A stretch of DNA of 64,000 nt, taken from the IMG/VR virus record IMGVR_UViG_3300025849_003344; one strand, written 5' to 3'. The stretch comes from a virus (Duplodnaviria > Caudoviricetes). Shown piece after piece: positions 1-9,181 of the stretch; the stretch's first letter is position 1; the number at the start of each line of letters is the position of its first letter. Below the pieces are notes generated by a model. The model worked only from the letters and a program-made list of their open reading frames with translations. It was not told the DNA's origin and did no database searches. The translations under genes were made by a program, and so were the position numbers.

Positions 1-416
1 TCTTTGTTAGCCTTTGCTGCATCAAGAATAGCACTAATACCTGTCAGGCCGGCAGTAGCCTTTAGCATCTCGCCTGCCTGCTGCATTGTACTTTGTGCAT
101 CGTTCACTGTTTGTAACGCAGCAACACCTGATGCGCCAAGCGCAACATTGTCAAATGACACACCGTCTTGCATCTGCAGTGCAGATGGCATATACAACAT
201 ACAAGATCCTCCTTTGGATCCATCATAGTTTGCACTATTATTAACGATAGTCAGAAAGTTGTTCACAAAGTTTTCAAAGAAATTACCTGAACTTGTAGGA
301 GTATTTGCATTCAGAAAATTAATAGTCTTCGTATCTTCAGACAATACACGAAACATAATCTTCGCTTTATAATCGTCTTGATCACTGAGTGGGAATCTGT
401 AACCCTGATTAGCCAT
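1..416 (-). CDS. gp48: Baseplate tail-tube cap gp48-like, 5' part only (runs off the window)
   Basis: Hand translation from ATG at 416: MANQGYRFPLSDQDDYKAKIMF...CMLYMPSALQMQDGVSFDNVALG, typical gp48 N-terminus; divergent from gp4; late promoter upstream. Confidence 0.75.
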   Translation of the reverse strand, partial: MANQGYRFPLSDQDDYKAKIMFRVLSEDTKTINFLNANTPTSSGNFFENFVNNFLTIVNNSANYDGSKGGSCMLYMPSALQMQDGVSFDNVALGASGVAALQTVNDAQSTMQQAGEMLKATAGLTGISAILDAAKANK

Positions 417-455
417 TTGAATTGTCCAATAAATACTGTATAGATTTGTTTAAAC

Positions 456-463
456 TATTTATA
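456..463 (-). promoter_or_regulatory. T4-type late promoter TATAAATA
   Basis: TATTTATA on + strand, 40 nt upstream of gp48 ATG. Confidence 0.8.
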
Positions 464-472
464 AGTATAATC

Positions 473-967
473 ATGGCATATTCTGGAAAATACACAGTTA
501 AGAACCCCGTAAAATATCAAGGTGACCCATCAAAGGTAATATATCGATCTTTATGGGAAAAATATTGCTTTAAGTGGGCTGATCTAAGTCCGGATGTAAA
601 GGGTTGGTCCAGTGAAGAGGTCGTGATTCCTTATTACTATGACATAGATAAAAAGTATCATAGGTACTTCATGGACCTAAAGGTTACATGGTCGAACGGT
701 AAGACTTGGTTGATAGAAATAAAACCTGAGAAAGAGACACAACCACCAAAGGGTGACAGACGCACAAAGCGATACCTGCAAGAAGGTATGACCTATGTTA
801 AGAATATGAACAAGTGGGAAGCTGCAAATAAATATGCGCTTGACCGCAAATGGGAATTTCATATATGGACAGAGAAGAAGCTACAGGAAATGGGACTAAT
901 GCCTAAGCCCCTTAAGAAACTAAAGCCTTTACCTAAACCTAAGAAAAAGCCAAAGAAAAAAGTATAA
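473..967 (+). CDS. gp4: Head completion protein gp4 (TnsA-like nuclease fold)
   Basis: MAYSGKYTVKNPVKYQGDPSKVIYRSLWE...WSSEE...RYFMD...IEIKP; start moved to ATG 473. Confidence 0.9.
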   Translation: MAYSGKYTVKNPVKYQGDPSKVIYRSLWEKYCFKWADLSPDVKGWSSEEVVIPYYYDIDKKYHRYFMDLKVTWSNGKTWLIEIKPEKETQPPKGDRRTKRYLQEGMTYVKNMNKWEAANKYALDRKWEFHIWTEKKLQEMGLMPKPLKKLKPLPKPKKKPKKKV

Positions 968-970
968 ATA
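963..970 (+). promoter_or_regulatory. Late promoter TATAAATA
   Basis: Exact motif directly before gp2. Confidence 0.75.
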
Positions 971-975
971 CCCGT

Positions 976-1560
976 ATGAGCAATATATTTAATCAATTAG
1001 AAATCGAAGCATTTCGTGCAGGCATTACGCCCCGGACCAAGGAATCAATTAAATGGTTCCAGAAAAAAGCCGGAGCAATGGGTAAGGTTAAACGTAGTGA
1101 GTTGATGAACGAAGATCCGATCAAGCTGAGAAATCGGCATGGCGTTGGACAAATGTATATGTACTTCTATGATCCTAAGCATAAAGCTACTCTGCCTTAT
1201 TATGATACCTTTCCTTTGACTATTGTTATTGGTCCGGCCAAAGGTGGATTTATGGGTTTGAACCTGCATTATCTACCACCTCCGCTGCGTGCAAGGATGC
1301 TAGATGGGCTTATGGGAATAACAAACAACAAGAAGTACGATCAGTCAACTAAGTTTGCAGTATCATACGAACTATTACAAAAAACATCGAAGCTTAAATG
1401 GTATAAACCATGTGTAAAACATTATCTTGGCTCTCAGGTAAGAAGTAGGTTTGCACATGTACCCGCACCTGAGTGGGAAATTGCTACGTTCTTACCGACC
1501 GCAGACTTCCAGAAGTCAAGCAAAGCAAATGTTTATAAAGCTTCACGGAGTATGATCTAA
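976..1560 (+). CDS. gp2: DNA end protector protein gp2
   Basis: MYMYFYDPKHKATLPYYDTFPL...GLNLHYLPP...CVKHYL motifs. Confidence 0.9.
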   Translation: MSNIFNQLEIEAFRAGITPRTKESIKWFQKKAGAMGKVKRSELMNEDPIKLRNRHGVGQMYMYFYDPKHKATLPYYDTFPLTIVIGPAKGGFMGLNLHYLPPPLRARMLDGLMGITNNKKYDQSTKFAVSYELLQKTSKLKWYKPCVKHYLGSQVRSRFAHVPAPEWEIATFLPTADFQKSSKANVYKASRSMI

Positions 1561-2141
1561 TGTCATTTTCAGTAGACGAATTTAAAGGTGCTATCAGTAA
1601 GGGTATTGCGGTACCTAATATGTTCCGTGTGTACTTACCTGCCTTACCAGGTGTTGTGACCACTCGTCAATTGAATTTACTATGTAAAGATGTACAGCTT
1701 CCGGGCAGACAGATATTAACTAACGAACGTGTCATTGGAATGAAGCAAGTCAAGCAAGCTTATGGCTATGCATCAGAAGATGTGAGTCTGACATTCTATG
1801 TAACTAACGACTATGGCCTGCGTCAATATTTTGAGAAATGGCAAGATCTTATTATAACAGATAAGGAACTGAATTACCCGGATGAGTATGGGTTTGAAGT
1901 ACGAATAGAGCAACTGCAAAAGGGTGCAGCGCTCGACTTACCGGTAGATATTAACTTCAATCTATTTGGTTTAAACATCGATATAGACTTTGATTTATTC
2001 AAAGACGCAAAGAGTATATACACGTGTGTACTTGACAAGGCATTCCCTACCACCATGAATGCTATTCAACTGAATAATGAGCAAGGTGGGCTCGTTGAAT
2101 TGAACGTACAATTGTCCTATAAGGACTGGAGATCAGTATAA
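1560..2141 (+). CDS. gp54: Baseplate-tail tube junction protein gp54-like (tail tube fold)
   Basis: PNMFRVYLP...LLCKDVQLPGRQI...LTFYV...FEKWQD...AFPT; position before gp26. Confidence 0.75.
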   Translation: MSFSVDEFKGAISKGIAVPNMFRVYLPALPGVVTTRQLNLLCKDVQLPGRQILTNERVIGMKQVKQAYGYASEDVSLTFYVTNDYGLRQYFEKWQDLIITDKELNYPDEYGFEVRIEQLQKGAALDLPVDINFNLFGLNIDIDFDLFKDAKSIYTCVLDKAFPTTMNAIQLNNEQGGLVELNVQLSYKDWRSV

Positions 2142-2142
2142 A

Positions 2143-2853
2143 ATGGCTTTACCTAAATTAAACTCTACACCAAAATACGATATTACCATACCGTCGACAC
2201 AACAAGCTGTCCGCTTTAGACCTTATCTTGTAAAAGAAGAGAAGGTTCTGATGCTTGCGATGGAGTCACAGGACCAAAAACAATCACTTGCTGCAATCGT
2301 AGATACTATTGTTGCGTGTGTTAGCGAAGATATTGAGCGCACAAAGCTTACGACGTTTGATGTTGAATATATGTTCACACAGATTAGATCTAAGTCAGTA
2401 GGCGAAACATCTAAGGTGTCTATCAAATGCAAAGAGTGCGATCACGCCAATGAGGTTGTGATTCCGCTCGAATCAATTAAAATTGATATGCCTGAGAATG
2501 TCATCAGTCTGATAGAACTAACTGATGAAATCTCGGTACAACTAAAATGGCCAACATATTCTGATCTAGGCGATCTTGACATGGCCGATGGAGCAAGTCA
2601 GGTTACTCAAACCTTTGACATGATTGCTAAGTGTATTGACTCAGTTCTTACTGGTGATGAACGCATTAGTATGAAAGATGAACCAAAACAAGAAGTCATG
2701 GACTTCATTGAATCACTCACATCTGAGCAGTTTGATAAGATCCGTGAGTATGTTGAGCTGATGCCTAAACTAAAACACGATGTGGAGTTTACATGTGTAT
2801 CATGCAGTGACACAAATAAAATTACCTTGGAGGGTATGAACGATTTTTTCTAA
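2143..2853 (+). CDS. gp26: Baseplate hub assembly protein gp26
   Basis: MALPKL...RFRPYLVKEEKVL...FDVEYMFTQIRSKSVGE, two CxxC pairs, ends EGMNDFF. Confidence 0.9.
   Translation: MALPKLNSTPKYDITIPSTQQAVRFRPYLVKEEKVLMLAMESQDQKQSLAAIVDTIVACVSEDIERTKLTTFDVEYMFTQIRSKSVGETSKVSIKCKECDHANEVVIPLESIKIDMPENVISLIELTDEISVQLKWPTYSDLGDLDMADGASQVTQTFDMIAKCIDSVLTGDERISMKDEPKQEVMDFIESLTSEQFDKIREYVELMPKLKHDVEFTCVSCSDTNKITLEGMNDFF
2844..2850 (+). other. Putative -1 ribosomal slippery site T TTT TTC
   Basis: X XXY YYZ heptamer immediately before the gp26 stop; the -1 frame is open into the gp51-like ORF. Confidence 0.65.
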
Positions 2854-2906
2854 TAGCCCTTTCTCACGAATCTCTGATCGGATACTTTAAGACGAATTTC
2901 TCCCTG

Positions 2907-3041
2907 ATGCAACATCATCATTATTCATTAACCGAAATAGAAGAGATGATACCATGGGAAAGGGAGGTATATTTAACAATGCTCATTGAACATATAAAAG
3001 AAGAAAATGAACGAGCCAAGGAACAGCAAAGTAAAAGATAA
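2907..3041 (+). CDS. gp51: gp51-like baseplate hub assembly peptide (probably made as a gp26 frameshift extension from 2850)
   Basis: Not in ORF track; MQHHHYSLTEIEEMIPWEREVYLTMLIEHIKEENERAKEQQSKR. Confidence 0.8.
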   Translation: MQHHHYSLTEIEEMIPWEREVYLTMLIEHIKEENERAKEQQSKR

Positions 3042-5131
3042 TGGCTGATAAAATAACACTGTCTGACTTAAAAGACGAAATTGCAAAAGGTAATAAAGCG
3101 CAGTCAAATACGACTGACGCTATTATGAAGCTTAATTCTACTTTTGCAAAGCAGTTTAAATTGCAGGCACGTGGTGCTGGTGACAGACTAGAAGATAAGC
3201 TAGAAGGATCTAAAACTCCTAAGGTCGTACAAAAAGAAATGACTGGCTTTAAGCCTCTTGACAATGCTAGCGGTAATATCAATGCTTTTTTTGGTAGACT
3301 TGCTAACATCGGAAAAATGCTTGCAGGCTTTACGGCAGGCCTTGCTGCTGTAGCTGCTGCATTTGCGGGCATGCGTGGATGGGAACTTCCTATTCTAAAA
3401 CGAATTAGTAATATTAAGTTTGACAATTTGTTTCCGGAGTCATTATCCAAAACCCTTAATCAAAAATTTCTAAATGTTCGGGCACGTGTATTAAGATTTT
3501 TTAATATGAGTGCGGTTCTTCCTAAGGGTGAAGATGGCAAACAGATCACATCTATTGGTGGGCAAATAGCTAATGCATTTAAGAATGCCAAAGCAAGCAT
3601 ACTCAAAGGATTTGGTATCGGCATTGATGGAAAGCTTATTGCTTTGCAGGGCGAAGATGGTAAATTTAAGTCTCCAAGGATAGGCAGATTCCTTATCCAG
3701 ATGAAATCGCTGTTTAGTCCTATCACTAAAACCTCGGCTGCGATTGGTGAATTCTTTACGAGTGGTTTTGGATCAAAGATAGTTACCTTTATGAAGGGTG
3801 GAGCAACAAAACTTTTAGCAGTATTTGGTAAAATACTTTGGCCTATCGGTGTTCTGGTGTCAGCCTTCAAAGGTGTCACAGACTTTATTGGCACCGAAGG
3901 AACGCTATATGAAAAGTTTACGGCCGGTATTAGTACTGCACTTGCAGACTTCATTGGCGCACCGCTAAACCTTTTAAAGGATCTGATGGCATGGGGTCTA
4001 AAGAAGCTTGGCTTTGATGAAGGCGCCGAATGGCTAAAAGGTATTGACTTTGTTAAACCAATAAAAGATATGATTACTAATGTCATGGAATGGTTCGGTA
4101 CGCTGTTCACAAATCCTGTAGAAGCATTAAAGCAATTATGGACAACACTTCTTGATGGCGTGGCCAGCCTAGGTATGTGGATATATGATAATACTATAAA
4201 ACCAGTGTTTGATTATTTTACTGGTATATTCAAGTGGTCTGTAGACGGTGTAACAAAGGTTACTGATAGCATCGCAACTATAGTAGGAGATATGGTAACC
4301 GGCGCATGGGATTATGTCAAAAAGCTATTTGTATTTGATGAGGGTGTCGAAGGCATTATTGCATCACTAATCAATGTGACGACAATCGTACCTAACCTTG
4401 TCAAAGACGCAATCTTAGGTATTACATCATGGCTAGCCAGCAAACTAGGGTTTAATAAAGAAGCCGAAGAGCTTTCTAAATGGAAAGACTATAGTATAGG
4501 TGATCTTGCTGTAATGGCATTTAACGGCGTTAAAAATTGGTTATCAAGTAAGTTTAGTAGTGAGGTTAATCTAGGCGGACTGTCATTTAGCCTGTCTGAT
4601 ATAGTCACAGCTCTTAGTGATAACATTGGCCTGATGAAGGATATTTTAGTAGCACAGATATCATTCAGTGTTAAAAGGTTGGTTAACGGATTTAAGGCAA
4701 GCTTCGAAAGGGCTGCTAACTTCATAGCAAATCTTGGTGATGAAATATACTTAATGATCTCTAAGAATTTCCGATTTAAACTTCCTGAAATTAATATTCC
4801 TGAAACATTTCTTACACCGGCGTTTAATCTTATCCCAGCAATTGATGTAGGTGTAGGTGATGCAGGCACTAGAGCTGCAGCCCAAACTCGTATTGATAAT
4901 AGGGACACCGAAAGCGCTTCAAGAGTCAATAAGCTACAGAGTGAAACTGGCAATGAATTAGCAAATCTTCAGTCATTGCAAGCTCAGCTAGCATCAAATT
5001 TACAATCGGTTGTTGTTAATAATAATACAACTAATACTGCAAACAATAATTCTTCTAGTGCTAACTCCACAAACTTAAATGGGACCGCCTCTGCAGGCGA
5101 TCCCTTTGCTCTTATGCCAGGGGCATTTTAA
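3041..5131 (+). CDS. Tape measure / baseplate hub protein (gp29 positional analogue)
   Basis: 696 aa, helical with periodic W/F, follows gp26/gp51. Confidence 0.65.
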   Translation: MADKITLSDLKDEIAKGNKAQSNTTDAIMKLNSTFAKQFKLQARGAGDRLEDKLEGSKTPKVVQKEMTGFKPLDNASGNINAFFGRLANIGKMLAGFTAGLAAVAAAFAGMRGWELPILKRISNIKFDNLFPESLSKTLNQKFLNVRARVLRFFNMSAVLPKGEDGKQITSIGGQIANAFKNAKASILKGFGIGIDGKLIALQGEDGKFKSPRIGRFLIQMKSLFSPITKTSAAIGEFFTSGFGSKIVTFMKGGATKLLAVFGKILWPIGVLVSAFKGVTDFIGTEGTLYEKFTAGISTALADFIGAPLNLLKDLMAWGLKKLGFDEGAEWLKGIDFVKPIKDMITNVMEWFGTLFTNPVEALKQLWTTLLDGVASLGMWIYDNTIKPVFDYFTGIFKWSVDGVTKVTDSIATIVGDMVTGAWDYVKKLFVFDEGVEGIIASLINVTTIVPNLVKDAILGITSWLASKLGFNKEAEELSKWKDYSIGDLAVMAFNGVKNWLSSKFSSEVNLGGLSFSLSDIVTALSDNIGLMKDILVAQISFSVKRLVNGFKASFERAANFIANLGDEIYLMISKNFRFKLPEINIPETFLTPAFNLIPAIDVGVGDAGTRAAAQTRIDNRDTESASRVNKLQSETGNELANLQSLQAQLASNLQSVVVNNNTTNTANNNSSSANSTNLNGTASAGDPFALMPGAF

Positions 5132-6027
5132 TCGTCTTGAGCAAGCTTGGCAAAGTATGATAGTGTGTCATCATCATTTGATTTCTCACTAATAGACTCT
5201 GCCGTTACCGGAGCATTAATCATTGGATCAGGTGCTGGCTCATTCATTTGAGCAGCCTGGGCCAATGACTGCTGACCGGCATCTGCAGATTCACCAAGAA
5301 CTTTCATAAGCTTGGCTTTAAGCTCAGCATATGTTTTATAATTCTTAGGATCTTCAAACTCTGCTAGATCGTACATACCATTATATAGAGCTTCAAGCTT
5401 ATCCTCATCGCTAGAGATAGCTGCAGGAGAAGCAAACTCAGACTTATCGTAATTACGATAGCCTTCAACGTTACGAATCTTAAGTTTAAAGTCTGCACCT
5501 TCCCACATATCAAACGGATTTGTAGGAGTTTCGTCCGCAAACTCTGGCTGCATCATATCCATGATTTTGTCATGGATTTTCTTACCATACTGATACAAGA
5601 AGGTTTTGCCTTCACGCTCAGGATTAGCAGGATCTGATACAATTAGAATATTTGAGACATAGTGTAACCGACGCTTTTGTTGGCGTGCAGTTCCTTTATC
5701 CTCTTCGATACCTGTATTCCATAACTTGGAATTCAATTCACCGACAGGATCTGTTTGGCCAATTGATGTAAGAGACCGTTCGATGTACCATTGGCCAGTT
5801 GGGCCTTTAAAACCGTGATCCCAATACCGAACCCAAGGAAGTTCTTGGCCTTCACCGGCTGGAAGGAAACGTAGGACAGCATAGCCGTTGCCGGCTTTAT
5901 CTACTGTTGGTTTCCAGATACGATCATCACCGTAGCTTTTCTTTTCTCCACCACCGCCAGCAGTTTCGGCTGCTTGGATGAGTTTAGAGATTGAGCTTTT
6001 ATTTCGTTTTAGTTCTGCAAAAGACAT
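5128..6027 (-). CDS. gp32: Single-stranded DNA binding protein gp32
   Basis: DDRIWKPTVDKAGNGYAVLRFLPA...HGFKGPTGQWYIERSLT...DDTLSYFAKLAQDD. Confidence 0.95.
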   Translation of the reverse strand: MSFAELKRNKSSISKLIQAAETAGGGGEKKSYGDDRIWKPTVDKAGNGYAVLRFLPAGEGQELPWVRYWDHGFKGPTGQWYIERSLTSIGQTDPVGELNSKLWNTGIEEDKGTARQQKRRLHYVSNILIVSDPANPEREGKTFLYQYGKKIHDKIMDMMQPEFADETPTNPFDMWEGADFKLKIRNVEGYRNYDKSEFASPAAISSDEDKLEALYNGMYDLAEFEDPKNYKTYAELKAKLMKVLGESADAGQQSLAQAAQMNEPAPDPMINAPVTAESISEKSNDDDTLSYFAKLAQDD

Positions 6028-6075
6028 ATGATAGTTCCTCTTATTTGCTGTAGTATTGCTGTATTGTGTTTTTGT

Positions 6076-6116
6076 ATTATACCACGTTCATGCGTCGTAG
6101 TACACCGCTATTTATA
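6076..6116 (-). promoter_or_regulatory. Tandem early (TGTACT-N17-TATAAT) and late (TATAAATA, 6109-6116) promoters of gene 32
   Basis: Motifs read directly on minus strand. Confidence 0.75.
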
Positions 6117-6118
6117 CT

Positions 6119-7150
6119 TTATTCTTCGAAGACAACGGAATCTCCATCGCTATACTGATCTTCGATCTTTTTCCAATGATCGGGATCAGCGTTATTTATG
6201 GTTTGACAGGCGCCAATAGTATTACATGGATAGCCAATCTTACCATAGTTATGCATCTTAATATTGTTCATAAAGTTTCGGCGTTCAGGTGAATTCCAAA
6301 CTTCTATTAAGGTTTGCTCTTTCAGATTTCCTACAACCAAGTCCTGATTATCATCAAGGCAGCATGCATAGAAATCTCCGTTAGGTGCTACATACATAGT
6401 TTCTGTCATAACATTAACCATAGGACATTTAGAATCTGGGTGAGCTTCAAATTCTCCTGATTTAAATCGAGGTCTTTCTGCCCACATACCTGAACTGCTA
6501 TGTCTAACTACACTCAGCGAGTTGAATATATCTTCGCCTAATATTTCTGTTAGGCTTTTACATACCAAACTGTATGAGCTAAATGGTACACTTGTACCAG
6601 CCGGAATTTGAATTGGGTTCTTGTCATATACCGAGAAGATTGTGGCAGCATATTCAAAGGCAGGCATTACGTTAATACCAAAATCTAAATCAGGATAATG
6701 TTCCATCCGCAAACCTAAGAAATGTTTTAGGTTTTTCATTACAGATTTAAACGGAATACCTTTGACAGCCTTATAAGATTCGTCGTTGTGCCCATCAATA
6801 TTAACTTGAATAGAATCGAACAGTTTCTCTCTCACAAGTATCTCAGCAACCTTCTTAGACATTAGTCCAAAGTTGCTTAGCATATCAACCTTCACATTAG
6901 GAAGTTTCTTTTTAATATATCGAAGGATCTCAACAAAGTCTCTATGATATAGTGCCTCGCCATTTTCACTCATATGCATACGCTGCAATTCATACGGAAA
7001 ATCAGGGTGAGCCGCTTCATCTATAATTTTAAATACTAACTCTTTGTCCATATCAAAATTACTTTTAGTGCCACGACTTGCCGGGCACCACACACAAGTA
7101 GCATTGCATCTATTAGACAGTACAAAATTTATATTCTGAAGTGGTTTCAT
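6119..7150 (-). CDS. Radical SAM protein with C-terminal SPASM/twitch domain
   Basis: CNATCVWC (CxxxCxxC); C-terminal CP...VAPNGDFYACC...GNLKEQTLIEVWNS...C. Confidence 0.9.
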   Translation of the reverse strand: MKPLQNINFVLSNRCNATCVWCPASRGTKSNFDMDKELVFKIIDEAAHPDFPYELQRMHMSENGEALYHRDFVEILRYIKKKLPNVKVDMLSNFGLMSKKVAEILVREKLFDSIQVNIDGHNDESYKAVKGIPFKSVMKNLKHFLGLRMEHYPDLDFGINVMPAFEYAATIFSVYDKNPIQIPAGTSVPFSSYSLVCKSLTEILGEDIFNSLSVVRHSSSGMWAERPRFKSGEFEAHPDSKCPMVNVMTETMYVAPNGDFYACCLDDNQDLVVGNLKEQTLIEVWNSPERRNFMNNIKMHNYGKIGYPCNTIGACQTINNADPDHWKKIEDQYSDGDSVVFEE

Positions 7151-7153
7151 TGT

Positions 7154-7384
7154 TCACTCAAATGTTAATTCATTACCGCGTGGTAAGTAATTTAGTTTCA
7201 TTGCTTCGGCTTCAATCTTATCTTTGATAGGCGCAGATATAAACTTGCGCACATCCTGAGTATCGATATTATGCTTTTCGCAAATGTCACACACCGCATC
7301 GATGTATGACATTTTTTGTTTAATTACGGCATTCTCAATAAGAACAGAGAATTTTGATTTTGTTAAAAATTGCGTTTCTATCAT
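7154..7384 (-). CDS. gp33: Late transcription coactivator gp33
   Basis: SYIDAVCDICEKHNID...ISAPIKDKIEAEAMKLNYL; upstream of gp32. Confidence 0.85.
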   Translation of the reverse strand: MIETQFLTKSKFSVLIENAVIKQKMSYIDAVCDICEKHNIDTQDVRKFISAPIKDKIEAEAMKLNYLPRGNELTFE

Positions 7385-7917
7385 TCAACCTCGTTTTCCG
7401 CCAAATCATTCCAGACAAAACCAAGGTCTGAATAAAATACGCCATGTGTTCGTTTAATATTACCTTCTTTATCATAGGCCGGATGCAGACATCTCCACTT
7501 TACTGCGTGTTCCCTATGTTCACCATAGAAGTCATCACAGTAATCTCCGGTACGTAAGAACCTATCTAGGTTTGCAATGTATCCGGCAGTAGCAGATACC
7601 TTTGCATAAAGGCCCTTTGTATTAGGTTCTTTACGGAGGAGAGATCTATCTTCTTTCAAGATCTCTTTCTGTGTTGCCTGCCACCGTCTGATATTTTTAA
7701 GAGAGAACACATCATCTTCAGGTAATGCCAATATATTATCAGCAATGTATGCATATGTCGGTGGATTTTTTAGTAGCTTTTCGGCCCGAGCTTTAGCAAA
7801 ACGCTCAGCAACCTGCTTGCGCTGTTCCTCTGACATAGGCTTGCGTGGCTTCTTAGACTTGATTTTTATAGTATTTCTCTTAACCATGGTATCCTCCAAA
7901 ACGTTGCTATAATACAT
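7381..7917 (-). CDS. Conserved hypothetical T4-like phage protein
   Basis: 178 aa, basic N-terminus KPRKPMSEEQR; early promoter motif at about 7916-7945. Confidence 0.65.
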   Translation of the reverse strand: MYYSNVLEDTMVKRNTIKIKSKKPRKPMSEEQRKQVAERFAKARAEKLLKNPPTYAYIADNILALPEDDVFSLKNIRRWQATQKEILKEDRSLLRKEPNTKGLYAKVSATAGYIANLDRFLRTGDYCDDFYGEHREHAVKWRCLHPAYDKEGNIKRTHGVFYSDLGFVWNDLAENEVE

Positions 7918-7952
7918 CCTACAACATTATTAATAGGTTGTACACACTTATT

Positions 7953-8165
7953 TTATAATTCTGCTTCCAGAGGAATGATTTCGATTTCACCGTCAGATAA
8001 ATGCCTATGCTTTATATAGCCTTCTTTACAAAGGTATGTGATAGTGTCCTCAATAGCTCTTTCATTATCTGCATCGTGATTTGTACGAGCAATTAGATAT
8101 CCGGTCAAAGCACTAAGCCCGACACATGCAAACGCTACCCAAAATGGTTCGATATAAAAATTCAT
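7953..8165 (-). CDS. Small membrane protein
   Basis: N-terminal hydrophobic helix, 70 aa. Confidence 0.6.
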   Translation of the reverse strand: MNFYIEPFWVAFACVGLSALTGYLIARTNHDADNERAIEDTITYLCKEGYIKHRHLSDGEIEIIPLEAEL

Positions 8166-8182
8166 AAGTCAGCCTTTTACTG

Positions 8183-8211
8183 TGTACAGATATTAGAAAT
8201 GGTGGTATAAT
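8183..8211 (+). promoter_or_regulatory. Early promoter oriented against all neighbouring genes
   Basis: actgTGTACA-17 nt-TATAAT with TGn extended -10. Confidence 0.75.
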
Positions 8212-8252
8212 TAAAGAGTTCCTTTGAGGGTGGATGGATGCTAAATACCTAT

Positions 8253-8513
8253 TTATAGACTTTCAAAATCGAGCACACTATCAACTCTGAAGGATCTCCA
8301 ACCGTCAGATCCTGTATCATATACTACAACAACTTCTTCATTCAATGCACGAACTTTTTTCTGACTTAGCGCATCGTCCTTTTTAGCCGTCGGTAAGACA
8401 GATGGATGCAGCGTGCAGTACATCACACGAGATGTACCGTCTTTTTTAGTGAATGTTACTTTGCACTCATTTTCTAGCAAAGCATTTACAAGCCATTCTC
8501 TTTCATATTTCAT
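8253..8513 (-). CDS. WYL_2/DUF2693-like Sm/SH3 beta-barrel protein
   Basis: CKVTFTKKDGTSRVMYCTL...VYDTGSDGWRSFRVDSV; start moved to 8513. Confidence 0.75.
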   Translation of the reverse strand: MKYEREWLVNALLENECKVTFTKKDGTSRVMYCTLHPSVLPTAKKDDALSQKKVRALNEEVVVVYDTGSDGWRSFRVDSVLDFESL

Positions 8514-8514
8514 A

Positions 8515-8784
8515 TCAATTCCAATCATTATCAAATTTCGTTGTTTCATGTGCAGTTTCGCCATAATACATCTTTGCATATTTCGGTGCATCGGTGTATG
8601 TATTGATATTAGTCATGTCATCAGTCGGAATGAAAATGCCATGAACAAGCTTACTCTTTTTTGGCAACATATCAGAATTTAATAGAGCCTTAGATTTAGC
8701 TTTAAGATTTGCCATTTTATTGCGACGATTACCAACTTTTTTGATTAAAGCCAAACGATCTTTCATTTGTTCATCAGTCATCAC
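8515..8784 (-). CDS. Hypothetical protein
   Basis: ORF tightly packed between neighbours. Confidence 0.6.
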   Translation of the reverse strand: MMTDEQMKDRLALIKKVGNRRNKMANLKAKSKALLNSDMLPKKSKLVHGIFIPTDDMTNINTYTDAPKYAKMYYGETAHETTKFDNDWN

Positions 8785-8954
8785 TAAATTCTTCCTCCGA
8801 GTGTGGATTTAATTGCATCAGTATTCTTACGAATACTACGAATATCATCATGGTGCGTTAAAACGCGTGCTTCAACCCTAGACAATTTTGTCTCGATGAT
8901 TTTTAATTTATCAATAATGTTCATAATCTCAACTTGCATATGCTCATTAGTCAT
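8784..8954 (-). CDS. Hypothetical 56-aa protein
   Basis: Hand translation MTNEHMQVEIMNIIDKLK...TLGGRI; overlaps both neighbours at start/stop. Confidence 0.55.
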   Translation of the reverse strand: MTNEHMQVEIMNIIDKLKIIETKLSRVEARVLTHHDDIRSIRKNTDAIKSTLGGRI

Positions 8955-9181
8955 TCTTTATTCCTTGTATGGAAACTGCCTTCCGGCTGTTTGAGTGCTA
9001 GTAATAGTTCAGCGAACATCATAGGAGACATGATAATCAAGTCGTGCTCGTCCCGTGATACATTCCACTGTCTTATGTATACTTCATTTTCGTCGATGAA
9101 CATTTGCACGTCTTCGTAAGCATCGGCCTCACATAAGACAGTAGTAATACTTTCATCCCAATCAATTTCGTTTGTAAACAT
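8951..9181 (-). CDS. Hypothetical protein
   Basis: Part of coupled small-ORF run. Confidence 0.6.
   Translation of the reverse strand: MFTNEIDWDESITTVLCEADAYEDVQMFIDENEVYIRQWNVSRDEHDLIIMSPMMFAELLLALKQPEGSFHTRNKE

Noticed and set aside
4-228. 74-aa plus-strand ORF
   Set aside because: Antisense to the gp48-like frame read from ATG 416.
2983-4953. Long minus-strand ORFs (2983-3450, 3460-4110, 4489-4953)
   Set aside because: Antisense to the tape-measure candidate; no motifs or expression signals.
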